NCBI GenBank assembly: GCA_000388065.2
Contig: KB932203.1
Direction: 5' to 3' (one strand)
DNA: 17,403 nucleotides
Source of the DNA: Fonticula alba ATCC 38817
Taxonomy: Eukaryota; Protista; Nucleariida
Made by a program: the position numbers and the translations under genes. Of this stretch, positions 1 through 7,712 are shown in pieces. A model generated the notes under the pieces. That model ran no database searches, was not told the origin of the DNA, and saw only the letters and a list, made by a program, of their open reading frames with translations. How positions within the stretch are numbered: position 1 is the first letter of the stretch; every line of letters begins with the position of its first letter.

Positions 1-42
1 CTCCCCCGCACCCTCCAATGATGCTCACCCTCTGTCCCCCAG

Positions 43-796
43 TCGTCGACCTTTCTCTCGACACGCTGCAGCTCCTGTCCGACAGCCCGGAGGTCCAGCC
101 GACCATGCTCAAGGAGCCCGGCCTGCTGGCGGCGTTGGACCGCGTCATTGCCGTCGGCTCGACTGACGAGCAGCGCAGCCGCGCCACCCTGATCAAGAAC
201 AATCTCCGCTCGACAGCCTCGCGCCCGGGCGCCGGCACGCCCTCCGGCCCCGGCAAGCAGGCCGGCCCCGGCATGTCGGCCAGCTCGCCCGCCCTGAATG
301 CCTCGACTTCCTCCTCCTCGGCCGCGGCCTCCTCCGCCTCTTCCTCCTTCTCGACGACGGCGGCCTCCAGCGGGGAGGAGGCCCTGCCGCACGGCGCACC
401 GGGCACCTCCTCCAGCCGGACCTCCTACTTTACTAATTACACCGGCGCCGGCGAGTCGGGCCATGTGTTCAGCACCGGCATCGGGGGTGCCTCGCGCGGC
501 GCTGGCATCCGTCCTGGCGGCATGTCCGGCATCATCAACAAGACCTCCCTGATGGACCGCGGTGCTGGTGGCGGCTTCGGCGGTGCCGGCTTCAATGGCA
601 TGGAGTCCGGTCACTCGACTTTCGGCGGTGCCGGCCTCAACCGGCCTGGTGGCGGGGTGCGTATGCATCACCAAAGCACATGTGTGCTGTGCCCGTCCAG
701 GCGCACATATTCCATGCCCGAGGGAGCCTTTCGGGGTCCTCCTGTCCTCATCTCTCGGCGGCGCTCCTCTCCCACTGTGTGATTGACCTTTCCCGT

Positions 797-845
<49 letters not shown>

Positions 846-1604
846 CGGCTCAGATCCCCGGCGCTGGTCCCAGCGTTTTCTCCGCCTCTTTCAAGGCCGC
901 CCGCAGCTACACCCTTCATATGGAGTCCTTGGTGGACCCGGCCATGCGAGGGCTTGTCGAGAAGGCCCTGGTTTCGGTTCGGGGGATCATCTCCTTCACG
1001 GTGGACCCGCGCACGTGCCGGATCACCGTGCGCGCCCGGTCGGACTTCCCCCTGGAGGCTCTCTTCGCCTGCATCCTGACCATCGAGGTGGATAACCCCT
1101 CGCTGCTGAATGTCCAGCAGGTGGTCCGCGCGGCCGACGGCACCGAGACCCTGGTCGAGCCGGACTGCCCGAAGGACGACGAAGGCCCCTACGTGCCGGG
1201 GTACTTCGACGACGATGACTACGGTACGGGCGCCCTGTCTGGTGGTGTGGCGGTGCTCATTGTGCATGGTGTTCCCTTTGCCCGCTGTCTCCTCCTCTCC
1301 TGGTGGCTGGTCTTTCCTCCCATCCTCCTCTTCCTCCTCCTCCTTCTCTTGCTTACACACGCACACGCACACGCACACGCACACGCACACGCACACGCAC
1401 ACGCACACGCACACGCACACGCACACATGCACGGCCTGCCGCCACGATGCTCTTCCCGGTCGTGTCTCTCCCCGCCACATCCACCCAGACAACGAGACCA
1501 AGGCGAAGTCGGCCGTCTCGCACCAGAACGTGTCCCAAGGCGGCGCCGGCGGCGATGGCCTCCTATCGTCGATCGGCTCCTTCATCACCAACTTCTGGGG
1601 CTGA
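43..1604 (+). CDS. ARMC1: Armadillo repeat-containing protein 1 homologue (ARM repeat plus HMA-like domain), 5' end outside the window. Exons 43-656, 854-1223, 1489-1604
   Basis: VVDLSLDTLQLLSDSPEVQPTMLKEPGLLAAL resembles the ARMC1 ARM segment. KAARSYTLHMESL...VEKALVSVRGIISFTVD...RITVRARSD...QQVVRAADGTETLV...VPGYFDDD resembles the ARMC1 HMA-like half. The end GLLSSIGSFITNFWG* resembles the human tail (SWLSTAANFLSRSFYW, recalled). Splice phases agree: acceptor AG 41-42; intron 657-853 GTGCGT..CAG phase 0; intron 1224-1488 GTACGG..CAG phase 1. The 1100 nt equal 2 nt of a split codon plus 366 codons. Confidence 0.85.
797..845 (+). repeat. Tandem repeat (GCATCCC)x7 in ARMC1 intron 657-853
   Basis: Seven perfect 7-bp units read directly. 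They lie between a TTGAC branch-like motif (783-787) and the acceptor at 852-853. Confidence 0.97.
1355..1426 (+). repeat. Hexanucleotide microsatellite (GCACAC)x11 preceded by ACACAC, in ARMC1 intron 1224-1488
   Basis: A G recurs every 6 nt from 1361 to 1421, read directly. Confidence 0.97.
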
Positions 1605-2500
1605 GAGCGAGCGAGACAGAGAGCAAGAGGGCGGGGGGGGGGACGCTAAGCGAACGAGAAGTACCAAAGACACAGAGGAACCCCGAGGGCCGCTTTTCCC
1701 CATATCCCCCTCGCATGGGGGAGCAAATCGAGGCAGGGCAGAAAGAGAGTTCCAGGGCGACAGAGCCGGCCCCCGGGGGAGGGGAAGCCGGCCGGCTGGC
1801 TGGCCGCGCCCTCTCCTCCCTCGCCGAGATTCGCGCACGCACGCACGCACATTTGTCCGCCCCTCTTACGTCCATCTCTCCCCCCTTGCCAACGATTCGT
1901 CGTCCTCTTCTCCCGCTCTTTCTTCCGGCCTCCTCCTTCCAGCTCCTCTCCTCTTCCCTCCCTCCCTCCCTCCCCCCCCCCTATCTTCCACACATTTTTT
2001 ATCAGTCCTTGTCCAGTTTCCCTCTGTGGCCAATCGTCTCCCTCCCTTCCTCCCCTCCGAGATGACCCCCTTCTCCTTCCTTCTCTCCCCCGTGCGGGTG
2101 TTTCCCCCCCCCCCCTCCCTGGGGAGAATGTACGGCATTTCCTCTCCTCCCTGTGTCTTCGCCGTTGATCTCGTGTGCCTCCCTCGGTTTCTGGCATCAG
2201 CCTTTGCCTCCGCCTCGAGGGGGGGTGGGCTGCCAGATCGGCGCATGTCACGGCATCACCGTCGCATGTGTACATCTCCCCCCCCCCCTACCTTGGTGGT
2301 TTCCTGTTTCCCCCCGAGGCCAGGGCGGGGGACCGGGCAGCTGTGGCGATGCAGACCAGCGGGGGATGGGGTTTCCCGGGCGAGCTTGGTGTGGGCATGT
2401 GAATGGGGGCAAATGCGCATGCTTGTGGGTGCCGTTGGAGTGGCTTCGGTGGCAGCACAAGCAGCTGGTTGACGCCCTGGCAGCCTGTCCTGCCACCCGG

Positions 2501-2716
2501 NNNNNNNNNNNNNNNNNNNNNNNNNNNNNNNNNNNNNNNNNNNNNNNNNNNNNNNNNNNNNNNNNNNNNNNNNNNNNNNNNNNNNNNNNNNNNNNNNNNN
2601 NNNNNNNNNNNNNNNNNNNNNNNNNNNNNNNNNNNNNNNNNNNNNNNNNNNNNNNNNNNNNNNNNNNNNNNNNNNNNNNNNNNNNNNNNNNNNNNNNNNN
2701 NNNNNNNNNNNNNNNC
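2501..2716. other. Assembly gap (216 N)
   Basis: Run of N, followed on the right by a C homopolymer. Confidence 1.
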
Positions 2717-2886
2717 CCCCCCCCCTCCCCGAACCTCAGGCAGCCGGTGGTTCGCCCGGCCCGCCTTGATCGACCTGGGGCGGGGACAGGGGGGGATATT
2801 GGTGGAAGTGATGTTTCGCGGCCCAGCTCTCCTGCTCCCCATCAAACCTCATCCACTCCCTCGCCCGCCTCGTTTTCTCGCTCTCC

Positions 2887-2908
2887 CACACACACACACA
2901 CACACACA
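2887..2908 (+). repeat. (CA)11 microsatellite upstream of the orphan ORF
   Basis: Read directly. Confidence 0.95.
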
Positions 2909-3052
2909 CGGCATTCTCCCTACTTCTCTACGCATTCCTCTCGCGCCTCCTGCGCGGCCCCTCTTCGTACATCCCAGTTAGCGAGAGAGCGATAGAGAAA
3001 GGAACGCACAGCCTGCTCCTCTCTCTCCCCCTCCCCCTGCCCCCCTTCCCCA

Positions 3053-4789
3053 ATGCCGCCGGTGACTCCCCCACCCTCGAACTGGCGGCGGACGGCCTTG
3101 TCGCTGTACGCCCACCCTGCACGGCAGAGCCATAGCACCCTGCTTGGGTGCTCCAAGCGGCGACACTACGCCTCGACTGGCCGGGCACGGCAGATTGCTG
3201 CCGCTCTGCAGCTGGCCCACCCCTCGTCCGTGGCGATCGCGTCCGCCCCCGTGCATGCCCCTGGACCTGCTGTCGACTCGGCGCCCGTGGTCACACAGGG
3301 CTCATCCCTGGCAATCGACTTCCATGCTCGGGCCTCTTCGGCCGCGCCGCCGCCGGCCTACCATGAGGTGATGCTGGCCGTGGCCGACGCCGAAGACACC
3401 AAGACCGCACTCTTGGCGGAATCCGTGTGTCAGCCGGAATCGACCTCCAGCGCCTTGCAGCGCCTGGCCCAGCGGAATGAGGCGCTCCTCCAGCAGCACG
3501 CCCAGATCGCGGCCACCTCCCAGCCGCCGGTGCAACAGTCGCCACCTGTCCAATCTGCCCAGGCTGCCCGGGCTGCCCTCCAGCCCCCGGCCGCGCGAAG
3601 CCACCCTCCGTCCCGGGACCATGCCGAGGTGGACAATGGCCAGGCCTCGAAGCCTGCCCCGGCGCCTGACGCAGGCTCGGCCACCGGGTCAGCTGTGTTG
3701 CAGCGCCTGGCCCAGCGAAACCAGGCTCTGCTTCAGCAGCATGTCGAACTGGCCACTGAGCCGGCCAAGCTCCCGGCCCAGTCTCAAGCTCCGGCCCCGG
3801 GCCCGGCTCAATCCCAACTTCAGCCCCAGCCTCAGGCCACCCTGCAGCGCCTGGCCGAGAGAAATGACGCCCTCCTCCGGCAGAATGCCGAGGCAGCCGC
3901 AGCCAGCCACCTCCGGCCCAAGGTTGGATCGATCAAGCATCGCGTGGCCCAGTTTGAGGCGGCGGCCGAGGCATCCGCCGGGACGCGGCCGCCACGGGCC
4001 ACCGGCGCCGACCCCGGCGCCCCCCCGGGCCCGGGTGATGGCCAGGTGACGCGCATTAATGCCCTCTTCGAGCGCCAGCGCCAGCTGCTGGAACAGCATG
4101 ACCGCCTGGCCACCACGCGCGTAGACCGGATCAAGGGCAGCGCCTGGTATGTCCCCCCGCGGCCGGTGGACATCAGCAAGTTCCAGCTTCAGCAGCAGCA
4201 GCAACTCCACCACCAGCAGCAGCGGCTCCTGGCCCAGCAGCAGGCAGCCGTCGACATTGAGCTGAGCGATTGGGAGCAGTCCTTCTCGGCATCGACCGGC
4301 GCCGCCGAGGCCGCGGCCCCATCTGCGCAGATGGCCCGTCTTGCGGCCAAGGAGCGCTCCTTCGCCGCGGGGGGGGCCCACAGCGCCGGGCCCGGGGCGC
4401 CCCTTTCGCTGGAGGATCTGGACACGTCCGGAGCCCGGCCGGGGCCTGTCGCCGCTGGCGCCGCCCCCCGGCAGGGTGGTGGCCGTCTGCAGTTCCTCGG
4501 TCGGTCGGCCGGGCCGGCTGTGGACCTGCTGGCCTCCGTGTCCGAGGCCAATTCCCTGGACATTGACAGCTTCCCGGACGCGCGGGCCAACCACATCCCG
4601 GTCGCCGCGTGGGCCAATTCCCCGGCCATCAATCGCCGAGTGCAGGACCAGGACAATGCCGTGCTCGATGCCCTCTTCTCCCGAAGCACCGATGCCAGTG
4701 CCTCGGCCGACCCGCTGGCCGGCTCCGGCTTCGAGGCCATGACCCCCTCCCGGGTGCAGCCGGTGGACATCCGCGCCATGATGGACTGA
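3053..4789 (+). CDS. Hypothetical 578-aa protein, apparently intronless, Ala/Pro/Gln-rich, with three to four helical LQRLAxRNxALLxQ repeats
   Basis: 1737-nt open frame with G/C-ending codon usage like the neighbouring genes. Internal repeats are conserved at amino-acid level with synonymous changes. Flanks look non-coding and pyrimidine-rich. No family recognised. The start codon is uncertain. Confidence 0.75.
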   Translation: MPPVTPPPSNWRRTALSLYAHPARQSHSTLLGCSKRRHYASTGRARQIAAALQLAHPSSVAIASAPVHAPGPAVDSAPVVTQGSSLAIDFHARASSAAPPPAYHEVMLAVADAEDTKTALLAESVCQPESTSSALQRLAQRNEALLQQHAQIAATSQPPVQQSPPVQSAQAARAALQPPAARSHPPSRDHAEVDNGQASKPAPAPDAGSATGSAVLQRLAQRNQALLQQHVELATEPAKLPAQSQAPAPGPAQSQLQPQPQATLQRLAERNDALLRQNAEAAAASHLRPKVGSIKHRVAQFEAAAEASAGTRPPRATGADPGAPPGPGDGQVTRINALFERQRQLLEQHDRLATTRVDRIKGSAWYVPPRPVDISKFQLQQQQQLHHQQQRLLAQQQAAVDIELSDWEQSFSASTGAAEAAAPSAQMARLAAKERSFAAGGAHSAGPGAPLSLEDLDTSGARPGPVAAGAAPRQGGGRLQFLGRSAGPAVDLLASVSEANSLDIDSFPDARANHIPVAAWANSPAINRRVQDQDNAVLDALFSRSTDASASADPLAGSGFEAMTPSRVQPVDIRAMMD

Positions 4790-5228
4790 AGATGCATCTA
4801 TGTCTGTCGCTGGGCGCGTGCAGGCATGAGCAGGCGGGGGTGTTCCTCACGCCATCGCCTTGCCCCCCTCGCATGCGCCCTTCCCCCTTTGCTCCGGCCC
4901 CTGCGCCTGCCCCCCTTCCTCTGTACCATAGCCCTTTCTGGGCACCCTCCCCCCCCCCCCCCTTGCCCGCCTTTCCTTGAAAAAGGGAGGCGAAATGTAG
5001 CCCCTCTCCTGTTTCAGAACGGATGCACGTGACGCCCGCATCATGCCTCTCACCCCTCCTCACACCGCGCTGGAATGAGGTGTAAATTGTGCGGGCGGGT
5101 CCGAGACGCGTATTTTGTTTGGGACTCTTTGCTGGGCCCGGGTGTGGGCCGCCCTTTTCTGTGGTCCTTTTTCCCTGGAGACTCCCGCGGTCCTGGCCGC
5201 TCCCCAGGCTGGGGGGTTGTTGGTTCGA

Positions 5229-5233
5229 GGGGT

Positions 5234-5265
<32 letters not shown>

Positions 5266-5377
5266 AGTGTGGCTCGCTGCTTCGGGTCGTTCCGGCTGTG
5301 TGGGGTCGCTCGCTGGGTCGGGGGAGCTGCGCTCGGCCGGGAGGGGGGGGGGGTGGCGCGGGGGGGGGGGTGGGGGT

Positions 5378-5412
<35 letters not shown>

Positions 5413-5483
5413 CGGGGGGGAGCGAGATCTTCCCATGTATTTTTGCGCCGTCACTCTCTGGCAGATGAGGGGGGGGGGGGGGG
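5229..5483 (+). repeat. Cluster of long G homopolymers (G31 5234-5264, G11 5343-5353, G11 5360-5370, G35 5378-5412, G15 5469-5483)
   Basis: Read directly. Exact run lengths may be unreliable in the assembly. Confidence 0.9.
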
Positions 5484-5891
5484 TGCCCTGGGAAGGGGCC
5501 AGATCGACGGTAAAAGATGATGTTGACCATTGGCGTGGGCAGAAAAAGGGGCATCCCGCACGCCGAGAGGATGGGACACCGGAGGGGGGGCGGGGGAAGG
5601 CGAAGAACACTCGCGCAGCAGCATGGAGCGCCCGTCGGCCAGGGGGCCTCGCCACAGGATGAACGGCAAGATCGCCGGGCACTGGGGTGCGCCAGCGTCA
5701 AACGTGAGTGGGCGAGTGAGGAGGGGGGGGGGCAACTCTGAAGGGCTACCGCACCACCCAGCCAAGGGTCCGGGTGCCCGGGGCATGCCTCCTCTCCATT
5801 CCCTCGGGACCTTCCCCTCCTTTTTGCCCCCCCCCCCCCCTCCTGTCCCCTCTCTTCACTCGCCCATACGCACATACGCGCGGACACCGGC

Positions 5892-7442
5892 ATGCTGATC
5901 TGCCGGAAACCGCTGCTGGCGGCCCTCCTCTTGGGCGCGGTCCTTCTCGCGGCGGCCGCGCGGGCGCGGCCAGACGCCACCCATGCCGCCACTCCCTGGG
6001 CCTCCGCCACCCAATACGACGGGGATCTGGTCAAGCGTGGCCGCGTCCAGCCCACGACCCCTCTGCTGCGTCTGGATCTCGACACCCGAGTCCACTCGGC
6101 CGGTAGCACCCCGGAGTGCAGCCGATTGAACCTCGGCCAGTGCGTTCTCACTCGCCGGAAACAAAAGAAGGGGGCTGCTTTCTTCTTCCTCCGCCTCCCC
6201 CCACCGCACGCCCTCTCTCGCCGCTTCGGGCCAGCTCACTCTGCTCCTGTTGCCCGCCCCCTTCCCACGCTGTGTCAAGGTTTTTCTGCGACGACTTTGA
6301 GGCCACCTGCTCGCCAGCGGGCATCCGGAAAGGTACCTCACGCCACATGGGCGCGCGCGCGCGCGCGCCTGCATCCTGGCTCTCCTTCTTGCTCCTTCTC
6401 TCCTTTGAAATCCCCACTGTGATTAACCACCCCACTCGTATCCATCGCCCCTCCTCCCCCTCCCCCCCTCCCCTGCCCTCCCGGCCACCACCCACCTGGC
6501 CCAGTCCACTGCACAGCACTCGATGGGGTGACGTGCTCCGGCCCGCGGACGTTCTCCCTCGAGTCCCCCTGTCAGCTCAAGTGCGCGGGCGCTTGCCCTG
6601 CTGCCCTCCCCCCCCCTGTGCTCCTTTTGCGTCCTCCGGTCGGCGACTTACATTCCCTGTCTCCCCCCTCTCCCCCGGGACGATGTAGCGGCCCCTCAAA
6701 TTACCGCTTCTCCACGGCGGTCATCCTGTCGCTGACGTTCGGCTGGCTGGGCGTGGACCGCTTCTACCTCGGCTACAACTTCTACGGCATGGTCAAGCTC
6801 TTGACTTTCGGCGGCATGGGGCTTCTCTGGCTCGCGGATTTCATCTGGATCTCGAGTCAGGTGTGTGTTTTTTTCCTCCTTTTTTTCTTCTTTTTCCCTT
6901 TCGGCCATGATCGAGGGAGGGCCTCCTCTTTCTTGCTCCCCACTCACCTGCCCCACCTCGGCGGCCACTCCCCTCGGAACCATTGCGCCCAGGCCCTGGG
7001 CCCGGCCAATGGCGAGCCCTATCGCGTGCTGACGTATGGGCCTCGCACGCGGCCGCTGCTGGTGACCAGTACACCGGTACCGACCCTGGGCGAACGCCTG
7101 GCCACCGGTGGAAGTCTCATGCAGTCGGCGTGGAGCCCGGCGGCCACTTCGGCCCTGCCACCAGCCTCGGCCGATACCAGCCCCGCCGTGGTGGCCGGCG
7201 GCCAGGATCCGGCCCCGGCGGCCGGGGATCTGGCGGCCGCCGAGGCCGAATATCTCGGCCCCTCGGCCGCCTCTCTTGCCGGCATCCTGGCCGGGCTGGC
7301 CGACACGCCGGATCTGACCACGGTCGCACGGGCCTCGCTCCCCGGCGGCAGTGGCCAGCTCCCCCGGGAGGCCGTCTTCCAATTTGACTCGCGCCGGCGC
7401 GGCACGAAGACCCGGACATTCGTTTTCGACGGGGATCTCTGA
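5892..7442 (+). CDS. TM2D: TM2 domain-containing protein (TM2D1/2/3, BBP/almondex family), 332 aa. Exons 5892-6139, 6280-6332, 6505-6580, 6689-6860, 6993-7442
   Basis: Signal peptide MLICRKPLLAALLLGAVLLAAAARA. The spliced six-Cys ectodomain reads CSRLNLGQFFC..C..VHCTALDGVTCSGPRTFSLESPC. The TM2 domain is YRFSTAVILSLTFGWLGVDRFYLGY..GMVKLLTFGGMGLLWLADF, with the family DRF motif. All four introns are GT-AG and phase-matched (2,1,2,0). Total 999 nt = 333 codons. Confidence 0.9.
6351..6368. repeat. (GC)9 perfect alternating repeat in TM2D intron 6333-6504
   Basis: Read directly; self-complementary. Confidence 0.95.
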
Positions 7443-7665
7443 GCGGGGACATATTCTTGCGCGCCCCGCGTTCCTCTTCTCGGGTCTGCCTTTCTTCCCC
7501 CTCATCCTCCGCCCTCTTCCCCGTGTTGTCGGGCGAAAGATCCTCCGCCCCCCCCCCCCTCTCTTCTCAGCTGTTCTGGTGCACCCAATAACATAAACAT
7601 ACACGTATGCACCCACACCCCGGCGCCCACCTCCTGGTTGCTCCAGACCACTAGAAACAAATGCG

Positions 7666-7667
<2 letters not shown>

Positions 7668-7710
<43 letters not shown>
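7668..7710 (+). repeat. (GA)21 microsatellite between the convergent 3' ends of TM2D and DOCK
   Basis: Read directly. Confidence 0.95.

Positions 7711-7712
<2 letters not shown>

Noticed and set aside
18-42. ATG ATG at 18 as the start of the first gene
   Set aside because: The segment reads as an intron end (CTCAC, pyrimidines, CAG at 40-42), and the N-terminal part of the ARMC1 ARM repeat is missing. The real start is upstream of the window.
680-2065. 461-aa ORF with an HMA-like domain, hydrophobic segment and (His-Ala)11 repeat, suggesting a metal-binding membrane protein
   Set aside because: The hydrophobic and HA segments are read-through of a pyrimidine tract and microsatellite in intron 1224-1488. 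The spliced product restores the ARMC1 C-terminus.
43-4789. Functional link between ARMC1 and the adjacent putative mitochondrial orphan (e.g. an MTFR-like partner)
   Set aside because: Eukaryotic gene adjacency is weak evidence, and the orphan shows no MTFR-type motif that I recognise.
5504-5520. Minus-strand CATCTTTTACCG resembling U5 snRNA loop 1, and a plus-strand GATGATG resembling a snoRNA C box
   Set aside because: The match to GCCUUUUAC is imperfect, with no closing stem or Sm site, and there is no nearby D box with a terminal stem.
5635-5660. WRGP word recalling Mrp/NBP35 ATPases
   Set aside because: Only four residues match, with no P-loop or other family motif nearby.
5050-6151. 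Poly-Pro and poly-Gly ORFs that look like formin FH1 or extensin regions
   Set aside because: They are translations of G/C homopolymer runs with no flanking domain or consistent codon bias.
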